In this document: positions 1-10,913 of the stretch, one piece after another
Layout of the letters: the number at the start of each line of letters is the position of its first letter
Position numbering within the stretch: position 1 is the first letter of the stretch
Assembly (NCBI RefSeq): GCF_965200585.1
Contig: NZ_OZ241361.1
Reading direction: 5' to 3' (one strand)
Length of the DNA: 64,000 bases
Origin: Bacterioplanoides sp.
Lineage (GTDB): Bacteria > Pseudomonadota > Gammaproteobacteria > Pseudomonadales > Oceanobacteraceae
Program-made: the position numbers and the translations under genes
The notes under the pieces: generated by a model
The model's input: the letters and a program-made list of their open reading frames with translations, nothing else
Database searches by the model: none
What the model was told of the DNA's origin: nothing

Positions 1-15
1 GTTGATCTGGGGATT

Positions 16-534
16 ATGTCGGTGTCAGTTTATGAGCTGATTCCTTTCCGTATTTATGGTTCTGTTGGCAGTACCATGAGTGCACAAACTCAGCTGACGT
101 CTACGGTAAATCGCTCTCAACCGCCGGTTATTATTCATGGTGTACAACATGCCAACCAGACCCGCCTGGATGTGACCCCTGAGATGGATATGTGGTTGTC
201 TTCTCAGGCGTATGTGCGGATTACCAGTATTCTGAATTTCCTGCCGGATTTATTACAAATCGGCGCCGACTTCAAATTGTGGGTGATGGAATTATCTATG
301 CCCTATGCGCTGGAAGAAGGTGTTCGTGTTGCGGCTGAAGGAGGTTATGAAACCTATAAAACCGAAGCGCTGGAGCGTCAGCTGAATTCCGGCCGAGGTT
401 ATGTGGATACGTTCCTGAAAGTACTGGGTATTGATATTAACGCCTTTGGCGATGAAGCCGACATCGACTGGCAAGGGCGGGAAGATAACTCGGTTCTGCT
501 GGCTCGCGATGAAGCTCAGGCCATTCTTCTGTAA
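16..534 (+). CDS. hypothetical protein (172 aa), start uncertain
   Basis: Open frame with host-like composition. No motif recognised. Confidence 0.4.
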   Translation: MSVSVYELIPFRIYGSVGSTMSAQTQLTSTVNRSQPPVIIHGVQHANQTRLDVTPEMDMWLSSQAYVRITSILNFLPDLLQIGADFKLWVMELSMPYALEEGVRVAAEGGYETYKTEALERQLNSGRGYVDTFLKVLGIDINAFGDEADIDWQGREDNSVLLARDEAQAILL

Positions 535-606
535 ATAACAGACTTTGCACAAACTCTCTGGTGATATTGCCTTCATTGAGTTTGTGTATCGCTTGGTATT
601 TTTATT

Positions 607-2310
607 ATGTCGGTATTTAAGAAAATTCTGTGGCTGTTACTGATCCTGGCTGGCTTGAGTGCGGCTGTCTTGTATGGGTATATCCACTCATTACCATCCG
701 TTGCGCCACAATTTGTTACGGCCGATTCTCTGTTGCCGGAGAAAGAGTTTAAGCCACTTCAGTGTAACCAGAATACGCAGCTGAACGTGGCTTATGATGT
801 GACCGTGACCGTCAGTTCGGAATTAAATCATCAGGCGATCTACGATTCCCGGTTGCGTTTTAAAACACAATTAACTCAGGCGAATGATGACGTTGTTAAA
901 GGCATTGCCAGCAGCATTAGTATTAATGAAGGGCAGGGAAATATAAGCTTGCAGGATGTTGTATTTCTCAGTCGTATTAACGCCCCACAATATGTCGTAT
1001 TTAATGCATTTGACGATTTAGGGTTAATTGAAAAACACCCGATGGCCATTCTTTCGCAATTACTGAAAGGATTATCGGTCGGAGATGATAACACCCATTA
1101 TTTTTTCAGTTATGACCCGCTGCAAAAAACATATCGTTACCGTCATCGTACCAGCCAATCTTCAACCGGAGGCGGGTTTTTAACCGGAGACAGGTTGGTT
1201 GAACGTGCGGCGTATCCAACCACTGCCAATATCAGCTCATTTTCCGCTTCATTTGCGGATTATCAAAGTGACTGGCAAGTGCAGTTAGATCAAAACTGTT
1301 TGCCACATACATTGCGCTCGGTGGAAAAGCACGCCCTGAGTGTCGCCGGGAAACATGGCTTTATTCGTTTTAAAATCGAAGCGAAGGCCATTCCTGTCTT
1401 TACCGATATTCAGCAATATCAATTTTCACAATACGCGAATAGCGGCAATCAGTGGCATGTGGCTGGAATTAATGCGGACACACTGGCTAATCGTGTCGAG
1501 AACGAGCAACAAATGTGGGAAGTGATTCAGAGCTTTTCTGACAATAAAGATATGGCGTCATTACGTCAGGCAGCAAATTATATGCTGGATCATTTTCAGG
1601 CGGCAGATACCGCGAATCTGTTGCAACAACAAGACCTCGCTGATGCCGTAAAACGCGATCTGATTTTTGCTCTGGGAAGAACCGGGCGTGACGATGCTGA
1701 AGATTTTATGCTGCAAACCTTGATGTCAATGCCTGTTGCTGCAGGTGATGCTGCGGATTTACAAAAGGTCAGGTTGATGGTCTCTCTGGCCAGTAACGAT
1801 AAGTTGAGCGATGAATCTTTTTATGCTCTGGCGCGTTTAGCTGAACAAAATAATGAAACCCCAAATATCCGAAATAACGCGCTGATCAGTATGGGAACCA
1901 GTTTTGCCGGTTTGAGAGATTCTGGTCAGAGCGGGAGTTATCTGGAAGAGCCATTGCGCCAGCAAATTACTCAGGCGTTTATAGCGCCGGAACGCTCTGC
2001 TGCCAGTGCCATTCTGGCTGCGGGTAACGCTCGTTTAACGGGTTTAGAGCAGCCTATGTTGTCAGCGTTGCAATCGGGTACCTATAAAGAGCGTTATGCC
2101 GCAGGTAGAGTGCTAAGTCAGGATGAACGTCAGCGAGATACTCTGATTAATCATGTGGCTTCGGAATCATCAGATCAGGTGGTGTTGGCTATTTTGTCAG
2201 GCTGGGATGCTGAGGAATTAACGCCGACCCAGCAACAAAGGCTGAGTCGGATTGCAGAGCAGGCACCAGCGCAAAAAGCTCGTTTGCTCCAGCAGTTTTT
2301 AACGCGTTAA
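607..2310 (+). CDS. membrane-anchored hypothetical protein with C-terminal HEAT-like repeats
   Basis: N-terminal hydrophobic anchor (ILWLLLILAGLSAAVLYGY). The C-terminal half has repeated helical units (ALGRTGRDDAEDFM, NNALISMGTS, ILAAGNARL, RYAAGRVL). Confidence 0.5.
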   Translation: MSVFKKILWLLLILAGLSAAVLYGYIHSLPSVAPQFVTADSLLPEKEFKPLQCNQNTQLNVAYDVTVTVSSELNHQAIYDSRLRFKTQLTQANDDVVKGIASSISINEGQGNISLQDVVFLSRINAPQYVVFNAFDDLGLIEKHPMAILSQLLKGLSVGDDNTHYFFSYDPLQKTYRYRHRTSQSSTGGGFLTGDRLVERAAYPTTANISSFSASFADYQSDWQVQLDQNCLPHTLRSVEKHALSVAGKHGFIRFKIEAKAIPVFTDIQQYQFSQYANSGNQWHVAGINADTLANRVENEQQMWEVIQSFSDNKDMASLRQAANYMLDHFQAADTANLLQQQDLADAVKRDLIFALGRTGRDDAEDFMLQTLMSMPVAAGDAADLQKVRLMVSLASNDKLSDESFYALARLAEQNNETPNIRNNALISMGTSFAGLRDSGQSGSYLEEPLRQQITQAFIAPERSAASAILAAGNARLTGLEQPMLSALQSGTYKERYAAGRVLSQDERQRDTLINHVASESSDQVVLAILSGWDAEELTPTQQQRLSRIAEQAPAQKARLLQQFLTR

Positions 2311-3017
2311 GGTCGCAGGTGAACCTTAACACTCACGCCTTCCAGATTAATATCCCGTAAGGTGACATCGCCAAAGTGTGAACCAGAGGCACCGGCAACC
2401 CGTACATTTTTAAACGCAATCTGGCGGATATGGGTTGGCACTTTTACGTCCAGCGAGCCATCGGCGTTTAATGTGGTGCGTGGGCCGGGTTCATATTCAA
2501 CGCCGGAAATTTCCAGATCGGATTCCAGCAAATTGGAGCCGGGCAGGAAGGAGCCAAGCAGCGATTCCAGGGTGGTTGCTGCCAGCTCATCTTCTGAGTT
2601 AGCGTTGCCACTGATGACATCAATCAGCTGTTCATACTGTGGCCCTAACGATTGACCGGATACGTTCGCCATATCGGCTTCGTTAAGCGCCTGCATACCG
2701 GTTCGGCTGGCGAAGGTTTGCTCTGCAACCGTCTGATCATCGGTGGCAGCATTCGCTGACGCCATAAAGGGTTGTATCGGGCCCAGCAGCATGGCACTGA
2801 TCGCTGCCACCAGTCGATAACGGGATTGTTTCTTCAGTGCACGACTCAGCTGTCTGTCGGTCAGCCAGCCATTACTAACCAGTAACTCACCCAGACGCTG
2901 GCCGCTTTGAGCCTGTTGGGTTAACGCCTGATCTAATTGTTGACGAGTGATCAGTCCTTTATGAATTAACAGCGTCCCTAAGCGGGATTTCTGCTGTATC
3001 TCATGGCGTTTTTGCAT
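2307..3017 (-). CDS. single-pass membrane protein with N-terminal MshEN-type c-di-GMP-binding domain
   Basis: Two 24-aa motifs, RLGTLLIHKGLITRQQLDQALTQQ and RLGELLVSNGWLTDRQLSRALKKQ, separated by a 5-aa spacer (AQSGQ). These are followed by a TM segment (LVAAISAMLLGPIQPFMASANA) and a ~145-aa extracytoplasmic domain. Confidence 0.7.
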   Translation of the reverse strand: MQKRHEIQQKSRLGTLLIHKGLITRQQLDQALTQQAQSGQRLGELLVSNGWLTDRQLSRALKKQSRYRLVAAISAMLLGPIQPFMASANAATDDQTVAEQTFASRTGMQALNEADMANVSGQSLGPQYEQLIDVISGNANSEDELAATTLESLLGSFLPGSNLLESDLEISGVEYEPGPRTTLNADGSLDVKVPTHIRQIAFKNVRVAGASGSHFGDVTLRDINLEGVSVKVHLRP

Positions 3018-3373
3018 GATGGCGCAGCCTTTTTTTGCTTATTTTTCTGCAAAGGTCATGGTGCAACAGTTCATCGTTGCTCACAACGCAGGAAAAATGA
3101 CAGTTTTAAATAGGTTGAAAGACAGATGAGCTAACTGCATGAAAAACCGGTGTTTATTGGTCGGGCAGAAAGTTCAGCCAATTTTTGAAAATACCGGCTT
3201 TGTCTGTTGTTTGTCAGAAGCGGGTATCTCATCAGAACTGAGTATAGACACTGTACAAAAAACAGACGGGTAATAGTTCGGCTGTATCGGTGAATTAGCA
3301 TTATTAATTTAACAGGCGAAACTAATAGCGATAAGCTTTGTCCATAATCGTCTAGTACGGGCCGGTAAAGTCG

Positions 3374-3402
3374 TTGGGCTAAATCAGCATTAGCTCTATA
3401 AT
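3374..3402 (+). promoter_or_regulatory. candidate sigma70 promoter of trxB (TTGGGC-N17-TATAAT)
   Basis: -35 ttgggc at 3374-3379, a 17-nt spacer, and -10 tataat at 3397-3402. This sits about 40 nt upstream of the trxB GTG start. Confidence 0.4.
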
Positions 3403-3425
3403 GCCAGCCGATTTTACGTTTTTAG

Positions 3426-4397
<972 letters not shown>

Positions 4398-4436
4398 TAA
4401 CTGCGTTGTTGTGAAACAGCCTTGCTATAAAAAAGA

Positions 4437-4468
4437 GCGCCGCTTGCCTATGGTAAGCGGCGTTTTTT
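4437..4468. terminator. bidirectional rho-independent terminator between trxB and the M48 peptidase gene
   Basis: GC-rich hairpin (gcgccgcttgcc / ggtaagcggcg) with an A-run upstream and a T-run downstream. Confidence 0.6.
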
Positions 4469-5294
4469 ATTGAATGTTTAACAGCGTGGGAAGCGCTGTG
4501 GTGGTACCAGCCTGCATCGAACCCCGTATCGTCTGGATACGTTCATCCGTAATTGGATGAGTTTGCACAAACTCCAGCCATTCTGAGTCCTGCGGTAAGC
4601 TGCTCTCCTGCTCCAGCTGGTGGATCTGAGTAAAAAATTCATCGGCTCCGGCGGTATGTCCATAGGTGGCTGATAAACGTTGCAGGGCAAACTGATCGGC
4701 ATCTCTTTCCATATCCCGGCTAAAGGCCAGTAGCGTCAGCAGCGAGGTGCTCTGGGTCACCGTCTGAGCCATATTGTCGCTGCCCATTAAGGCCCAAAGG
4801 ACACCCAGTGATAGCTGTTCTAACAGCAGAGTCATGGGGTGGCGCAGTTGAATGTGTGCATATTCATGAGCCAGTACCATGGCTAAACCATTTTCAGACC
4901 GGATATTTTCTAACAGGCCACGGGTGATAAAAATATGGCCGCCTAACGTGGCAAAGGCATTGGGTGTTTCTTCATCGGCCAGATAATGTACCTGTACCGG
5001 TAATGCGTTATCGCCCGTCAGCTTCTGCAGTAGCTGTTGTAATGCTTGTTCTTGCTGCTCATGTGGCTCAGTTGAACCCTCGGTCGTTAGGTGAGAATCG
5101 CCTTTCCAGCTTAATTCCCACTCATACGGGATTTTAGGTGCCAGCCAGGAAGCGCTGGCCGCCAACAGCCAGGTGAATAAGGAAATCAGCAGTACAACCG
5201 CCAGTGACAGAATCAGGAAGTCCTTCAGCGGATGCTCATTTTTATTATTAATATGGTCGGGCAATATCGGATTGCCGCTTGGTCGGGTATCCAT
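4467..5294 (-). CDS. M48-family zinc metallopeptidase, membrane-anchored
   Basis: HEYAHIQLRH (HExxH) motif and an N-terminal TM segment (FLILSLAVVLLISLFTWLLAA). Confidence 0.8.
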   Translation of the reverse strand: MDTRPSGNPILPDHINNKNEHPLKDFLILSLAVVLLISLFTWLLAASASWLAPKIPYEWELSWKGDSHLTTEGSTEPHEQQEQALQQLLQKLTGDNALPVQVHYLADEETPNAFATLGGHIFITRGLLENIRSENGLAMVLAHEYAHIQLRHPMTLLLEQLSLGVLWALMGSDNMAQTVTQSTSLLTLLAFSRDMERDADQFALQRLSATYGHTAGADEFFTQIHQLEQESSLPQDSEWLEFVQTHPITDERIQTIRGSMQAGTTTALPTLLNIQ

Positions 5295-5295
5295 A

Positions 5296-5760
5296 TTAAT
5301 TGAATGCTGGTGCTGGCGTAGGAATCAGCGCTGTGCCATAGGCCAGCACCTCGACCGAACCAATGCCTTGTGCGGCGTTCTGACTGATGCGAGACGTTTC
5401 AAATTTGAGGTTATACACGGCATCCGCTCCTTTTTGGTGAGCGTCCTCCTGCAACCGTAATATCGCCTCGCGACGTGCCCGATCCAGCAGGCTTTCGTAA
5501 GCGGACACGCGACCGCCAAAAATGCTGCGTAAGCCGGCGGCAATTTTCTTAAAATAATCCACTGAGACGACAACATTGCCACTGACCAGTGCACTCTTGT
5601 GCTGAGCATATTGGATAGGAGGAGATTTCTCTGGCATGACCAGCAGTTCGCGATATTTCTGTTCACGTTGGCGGATGCGCTTATAATGCCGGGATTCGGC
5701 CCGTCGTCCGAAGAAATACCCCAACCCCAGCAGTACCAGAAACTGCAGTAAGGTTTCCAT
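5296..5760 (-). CDS. YbjQ/UPF0145-family protein with N-terminal TM helix
   Basis: The C-terminal region (GADAVYNLKFETS...VEVLAYGTALI) resembles the YbjQ fold. The stop lies 1 nt from the M48 gene start. Confidence 0.7.
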   Translation of the reverse strand: METLLQFLVLLGLGYFFGRRAESRHYKRIRQREQKYRELLVMPEKSPPIQYAQHKSALVSGNVVVSVDYFKKIAAGLRSIFGGRVSAYESLLDRARREAILRLQEDAHQKGADAVYNLKFETSRISQNAAQGIGSVEVLAYGTALIPTPAPAFN

Positions 5761-6080
5761 CAGTGATCCTCCACAATAACCGCAGTCCCATAGACAAAAA
5801 TCTCAGAAGCGCCGGCCGCGATTGAAGAAGTTGAAAAGCGCACATTAACGATGGCGTTGGCACCCAGTGCCTGAGCTTGTTCGCCGAGACGGGCGATGGC
5901 TTCATCGCGCGATTCCGACAGCAGTTCGGTATAACCTTTCAGCTCGCCACCAAAGATATTTTTCAGGCCCGCCATGATATCGCGGCCCGCGTGCTTTGCC
6001 CGTACCGTGCTGCCTTGTACCAGCCCCAGGTGTTTTACAATCTTCTTGCCCGGTACTACTTCCATATTGCTGATCAGCAT
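5760..6080 (-). CDS. YbjQ/UPF0145-family protein
   Basis: GANAIVNVRFSTSSIAAGASEIFVYGTAVIVE. The ATG at 6080 has an AGGGG Shine-Dalgarno (SD) sequence 7-8 nt upstream, although the ORF is open to 6143. Its stop overlaps the start of the downstream gene at 5760. Confidence 0.75.
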   Translation of the reverse strand: MLISNMEVVPGKKIVKHLGLVQGSTVRAKHAGRDIMAGLKNIFGGELKGYTELLSESRDEAIARLGEQAQALGANAIVNVRFSTSSIAAGASEIFVYGTAVIVEDH

Positions 6081-6243
6081 AGAACGCCCCTTTGTTAAAC
6101 CGGTTTTGAATTTAGAGGCAAAGTGGATCAGATCAACTGCCATATATCAAGCCATGACCCGGAAAGAGTGTCTGGGATCCCGGAACACAAAATATGGTCT
6201 AGACTAAGCAATGATGATAGTAAAAAGGTATGAGTTACGAATA

Positions 6244-7245
6244 ATGATTAATCTTTTATTAATTATTTTGTCATTTTTATTTCTGACAGCTCATGCTGAA
6301 GAATCCATTGAATTACAAACTTTGAAGCAGCAATACCAGCGCCCGGAGTTTATTCCGTTTCCGGCTGACAACCCTTACAGTTCCGATAAGGCTCAGCTGG
6401 GCAAGATGTTGTTCTTTGATCAGCGTTTGAGCCGTCACTTCAATATGACCTGCGCCACCTGCCACAATCCATCACTGGGTTGGGAAGACGGTGTGCCTAC
6501 GGCGGTGGGCGATATCAATGAAGCCTTACCAAGACACTCACCAACCTTGCTGAATCTGGCCTGGGGCAAGGAGTTTTTCTGGGATGGTCGCGCAGCGACA
6601 TTAGAGGAACAGGTTCGTGGGCCGGTTGAAGCGGCTGTAGAAATGAATATGTCACTTGAGGAAGTGGTCGAGCGACTGAATGATATTGAAGGTTATCGCC
6701 TGCAATTTCAGAAGGTTTTTGGCGAAGCCATTAACGAAACGAATATTCTCAAAGCCATCGCCACCTATGAGCGTACTCTGGTATCTGGCACTGCAGCCTT
6801 TGACCGCTGGGTGGATGGTGATGAACAGGCTATTTCAGAACAGGCAAAAGCAGGTTTTCAACTGTTTAACGGCAAGGCGGGCTGCAGCCGCTGCCATACT
6901 GGCTGGAATTTCACCGACAATCAGTTTCATGATATTGGCTTAAATTCGGATGATTTAGGGCGTGCTTTAATCACTGGCAATCCACAGCATAATTACGCTT
7001 TTAAAACACCGGGACTGCGTAATATCGGCCAGCGTATGCCGTATATGCACAATGGTGAATCCGCCAATATTGACGCGGTTCTGGCGCATTACATTTCGGG
7101 AGGAATTCAACGTCCGAGCTTATCACCACTAATGCAGCCTGTTCGTTTAAATCCGCAGGAACTGGCTCAGTTAAAAGCCTTTATGATCACACTCGATGGT
7201 GAAGATAAGCCTGTCAGCCTGCCGATTCTGCCCATTTCAAGGTAA
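6244..7245 (+). CDS. di-haem cytochrome c peroxidase (CCP/MauG family)
   Basis: Two CxxCH motifs (CATCHNP, CSRCHTG), PYMHNG, and a signal peptide (MINLLLIILSFLFLTAHA). The ORF is open from 6211. Confidence 0.85.
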   Translation: MINLLLIILSFLFLTAHAEESIELQTLKQQYQRPEFIPFPADNPYSSDKAQLGKMLFFDQRLSRHFNMTCATCHNPSLGWEDGVPTAVGDINEALPRHSPTLLNLAWGKEFFWDGRAATLEEQVRGPVEAAVEMNMSLEEVVERLNDIEGYRLQFQKVFGEAINETNILKAIATYERTLVSGTAAFDRWVDGDEQAISEQAKAGFQLFNGKAGCSRCHTGWNFTDNQFHDIGLNSDDLGRALITGNPQHNYAFKTPGLRNIGQRMPYMHNGESANIDAVLAHYISGGIQRPSLSPLMQPVRLNPQELAQLKAFMITLDGEDKPVSLPILPISR

Positions 7246-7252
7246 CTAAAAG

Positions 7253-8854
7253 ATGCGAATAAAACACAAATTATGGTTAGGCTTTGGCTTGATTCTGGTG
7301 CTTTTCAGCGCATTAAGCTTGTACCTGAATAGCCAGCTGGGGGTGATTGGTAATACCGTTTCCAGAGTGATGGAGCATCCGTTAAATGCGGTATACAACA
7401 GCCGTACAGCGTCTGAAATCTTTCGCGATAGCCATGATCTGGTATTGACTGAACTGGCTGCGATTCAATTCTCAGATGGGCGTCAGAGTGTAGTGCAGCT
7501 GAACAACCTGAAAAGTGATTTTCTTAAACATATTGATCAGGCCGAACAAGCGGCCATGGCCATGGGCAGTTCCTTTGATTTTGCTCATACCCGTCAGCTG
7601 GCACAGCGTTGGTATGAACTGAATGTGCAGCGTATTGGTGATGTTAATCAGGCCAAAATTCCAGATGAACGGCTATTAACACAATTAGATCGGGAACTGC
7701 AGGCGACGTTAAGCCAGCTGGTGCAACAGAACATTGCCCTGGTGCAAACAGAACGACAAAAAACCAGTGATGAAATCAGCAGTACTCAGTCAACCGCAGT
7801 GACCGTGATGTTGTTGGTGTTAGCTATTGGTATCGTGATGGCCTTTTTATTATCACTGAATATCCAGAAGCCATTGTTGCAGTTGCAACGTTCGGTGGAA
7901 AACCTGGCTAAAGGTGAAGCGGATTTAACTCAGCGTTTAAACCTGACCACCCGTGATGAAACCGGTGATCTGGCCAGAGAGCTGGATTTGTTTATTGGTC
8001 GTATTCATGAACTGCTGATCAATACCAAGGCATCGGTAACGACATCCTGTGAAGCCTTGCTGGGGTTAACTGAAATTGCATCAGGTACCCGTGAAGGAGC
8101 CATTGAGCAGAAACAAGCCATGGTCATGACCGAGTATTGTGTTAAAGATATGACCAGTGCTGTGCAGCAAATGAATGACTTCTCGCATCAGGCAAAGGAT
8201 CAGGCGGATACTGTTAATCATGATACTCAGCAGAGCATTCAGATGTTGCAGCAATCGTCCGATGGCATTGTGCAGCTGTCCGGTGAAGTTTCTGCCGCGC
8301 GTGAAGAGATTCAGTTGTTGGCAGAAGACAGCAACAGCATCTCTTCATTAATTAATGTAATTGATGAAATTGCCGAACAAACCAACCTGTTGGCCCTGAA
8401 TGCTGCGATTGAAGCGGCACGGGCGGGTGAGGCTGGGCGTGGCTTTGCGGTAGTAGCCGATGAGGTGCGGGCGCTGGCCAGTAAAACCCGGGAATCGACC
8501 GAGAATATTCGTAAAACCATTGGTGGCATTCAGGATAAGGTCTCCAGTGCCCGCAACGTAATGGAGCATGGTCGTGACCTGGCGTTACGCTGTGTTGAAC
8601 AAAGTGGTGAAGTGAATGAATCGCTGAACGCCGTAGGGACAAAGGTTCAGGAAATTTCAGATATTAACGGCACGATCGCCACCCAGAGTCATGAGCAAAC
8701 CAATACTATGCAGAATATTGGTGATCGTATGGAGCTGGTGAATACAGTGGCTTCGGAAACAGAACAGCGCACCGCTGATCTGCAGGAAGTGCGACAGCAG
8801 CTGGCGGAAGCGTTAACTTCGGTGGAAGGTTTTATGAGTGAATTCCGGTTGTAA
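7253..8854 (+). CDS. methyl-accepting chemotaxis protein
   Basis: Two TM segments, a HAMP region, and the conserved signalling hairpin ([35 protein letters not shown]). Confidence 0.9.
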   Translation: MRIKHKLWLGFGLILVLFSALSLYLNSQLGVIGNTVSRVMEHPLNAVYNSRTASEIFRDSHDLVLTELAAIQFSDGRQSVVQLNNLKSDFLKHIDQAEQAAMAMGSSFDFAHTRQLAQRWYELNVQRIGDVNQAKIPDERLLTQLDRELQATLSQLVQQNIALVQTERQKTSDEISSTQSTAVTVMLLVLAIGIVMAFLLSLNIQKPLLQLQRSVENLAKGEADLTQRLNLTTRDETGDLARELDLFIGRIHELLINTKASVTTSCEALLGLTEIASGTREGAIEQKQAMVMTEYCVKDMTSAVQQMNDFSHQAKDQADTVNHDTQQSIQMLQQSSDGIVQLSGEVSAAREEIQLLAEDSNSISSLINVIDEIAEQTNLLALNAAIEAARAGEAGRGFAVVADEVRALASKTRESTENIRKTIGGIQDKVSSARNVMEHGRDLALRCVEQSGEVNESLNAVGTKVQEISDINGTIATQSHEQTNTMQNIGDRMELVNTVASETEQRTADLQEVRQQLAEALTSVEGFMSEFRL

Positions 8855-8944
8855 TCACTTTCTTTTATATAGCCAATACGCGAAATAAAAATACTGAACT
8901 AGACTGGTTTGTAATAAACCCATTTTGGCTTGAGACCTTTATAC

Positions 8945-10195
8945 ATGATGGCGCAATTCTCTGGATGGACACTGGGTCTGATGGCGGTCATCGTCGTACT
9001 GACCCTGTACTTCCATATTTTCCGGTATTCCAACCGTACGGCTGAAATCGCCCCGAATATCCTCACCAGTATTGGCATCTTTGGTACGTTCTTAGGTGTG
9101 GCGCTGGGCTTATGGCATTTTGACACCGCTGATATTCAGGGCAGTGTGCCCAAGCTGATGGATGGCTTAAAAACCGCATTCTGGTCGTCGATTGTGGGTT
9201 TGTTAGGAGCGCTGACATTAAAGATTCGTGCCGCCATGTCCCAGGTTGGTCGTCGTGAAGTGACACAAACCCGGGTGGCGACCATTGATGATCTCGACAG
9301 TTCGCTGAAACACCTGGCTGACCAGTTTGATGCTGAACGCGATGAAGCACTGCCCCGCACCTTTACCCGACATCATTTACAAACCATTGATCGTCTCGAT
9401 CAGGTGATTGCCTCGCTGGATGGTTATCAGGAGCGGATGGCCGAAGCTAATGCCAAGGCACTGGTACAAGCGATTGAAACCGTCATGCGCGATTTTAATA
9501 CCCGCATTAACGAACAGTACGGTGATAACTTCAAACGTCTTAATGAAAGCGTTGGCAAGATGTTGGACTGGCAGAATAACTACCGCGATCAGCTACAGCA
9601 GCTGATTACGGAGCAGGAGCGCACGTCTGGTTCGATGAAAGAAGCCAGCCATGCGTTTGAATACATGGTGAAACACGCCAATGCCTTTAATGGCATTTCT
9701 GAATCCTTACAGGATCTGTTGAATGGCCTGGAGGCACAGCGCCAGAACCTGCAATCACAATTGGGTTCACTGGCGGATCTGGTGAATCATGCTGCTGATG
9801 GCTTACCGAAGCTGGAAGAGCGGGTAGTAGCACTGACGCAGGGCATGTCAGAAGCCGTGCAGTCTCAGCAGCGCTGGGCCGTTGAGCAATTAGGAGCAAT
9901 GCAGCGTGGTGTTGAGCAACAGCTAGAACAGCAACTGCAAGCCAGTAACGAACGCCTGCAAGAACAACAGCATCATAGTCTGCAGCAATTGCAGCGTCTG
10001 GGTGAGCGGGTTGAGCGTCAGGTTGTGGCGTTGGATGAAAGCATGGAAGAAGAGCTGAATAAAGCGCTGAAGTCCTTTGGTATGCAGCTGACGGCATTAT
10101 CTGAGAAGTTTGTAAGTGACTACACACCACTAACCAAACGCTTACAGCAGTTGGTTAAAGTCGCCGAATCTGTCACCGAAGCCGAGCATGACTGA
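8945..10195 (+). CDS. MotA/ExbB/TolQ-like proton-channel protein with long C-terminal coiled-coil tail (ZorA-like architecture)
   Basis: Three N-terminal TM helices with the channel signature APNILTSIGIFGTFLGVALGL and GLKTAFWSSIVGLLGAL. These are followed by about 310 aa of Q/L/E-rich heptad-like sequence. The ORF is open from a TTG at 8930. Confidence 0.65.
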   Translation: MMAQFSGWTLGLMAVIVVLTLYFHIFRYSNRTAEIAPNILTSIGIFGTFLGVALGLWHFDTADIQGSVPKLMDGLKTAFWSSIVGLLGALTLKIRAAMSQVGRREVTQTRVATIDDLDSSLKHLADQFDAERDEALPRTFTRHHLQTIDRLDQVIASLDGYQERMAEANAKALVQAIETVMRDFNTRINEQYGDNFKRLNESVGKMLDWQNNYRDQLQQLITEQERTSGSMKEASHAFEYMVKHANAFNGISESLQDLLNGLEAQRQNLQSQLGSLADLVNHAADGLPKLEERVVALTQGMSEAVQSQQRWAVEQLGAMQRGVEQQLEQQLQASNERLQEQQHHSLQQLQRLGERVERQVVALDESMEEELNKALKSFGMQLTALSEKFVSDYTPLTKRLQQLVKVAESVTEAEHD

Positions 10196-10205
10196 GTAGC
10201 TGCCC

Positions 10206-10913
10206 ATGAATGAAAATGAACTGGAGCAGCTGAAAGAACAGGAAGGCCATTGGGTTGCGGTATCCGACTTAATGGCGGGTCTGATGATGGTGTTTATGCT
10301 GATTTCTATTGTGTTTATGGTGAACGTTGAAACCGAGCGCAATAAAATCCGCGACATTGCTATTCTCTACGATCACCTGCGTACTCAGTTATACGACGAT
10401 CTGAATAACGAATTTGCGGCGGATATGCAGCGTTGGGGTGCGGAGCTGGATAAAGACCTGGCGTTTCGGTTTAACAATACTGATGTGTTATTTGATCAGG
10501 GCAAGGCCGAGTTAAAACCAGAGTTTGCCGCTATTCTGGCCGACTTTTTCCCTCGTTATGTGAATATTATTACTCAGCCGAAATATCGCGACGATATCCT
10601 TGAAGTACGGATTGAAGGACATACCTCCAGTGCCTGGTCCGGAGCGGCGAACGCCGACGATGCTTATATCCGTAATATGGATTTATCTCAGGAGCGTACC
10701 CGTACTACGCTGGGTTATGTGCTTGGCCTGAATAATGTGGCTGCCAATAAAGATTGGTTAAAAACGCATTTAACTGCCAATGGTTTATCTTCCGCTAAAG
10801 TCGTACGTACCGATAACGGCGACGAAAATGAAGAAAGCTCTCGTCGTGTGGAATTCCGTGTAAGAACGGATGCGGATAGTCGGATTGCCACGATCTTAGA
10901 GAAAGTGCTATGA
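10206..10913 (+). CDS. MotB-like / OmpA-family peptidoglycan-binding protein (ZorB-like architecture)
   Basis: TM segment with conserved Asp (HWVAVSDLMAGLMMVFML). OmpA-like C-terminus (FDQGKAELKPEF, RIEGHTSS, SQERTRTTLGY, RRVEFRV). Starts 10 nt after the upstream gene. Confidence 0.75.
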   Translation: MNENELEQLKEQEGHWVAVSDLMAGLMMVFMLISIVFMVNVETERNKIRDIAILYDHLRTQLYDDLNNEFAADMQRWGAELDKDLAFRFNNTDVLFDQGKAELKPEFAAILADFFPRYVNIITQPKYRDDILEVRIEGHTSSAWSGAANADDAYIRNMDLSQERTRTTLGYVLGLNNVAANKDWLKTHLTANGLSSAKVVRTDNGDENEESSRRVEFRVRTDADSRIATILEKVL

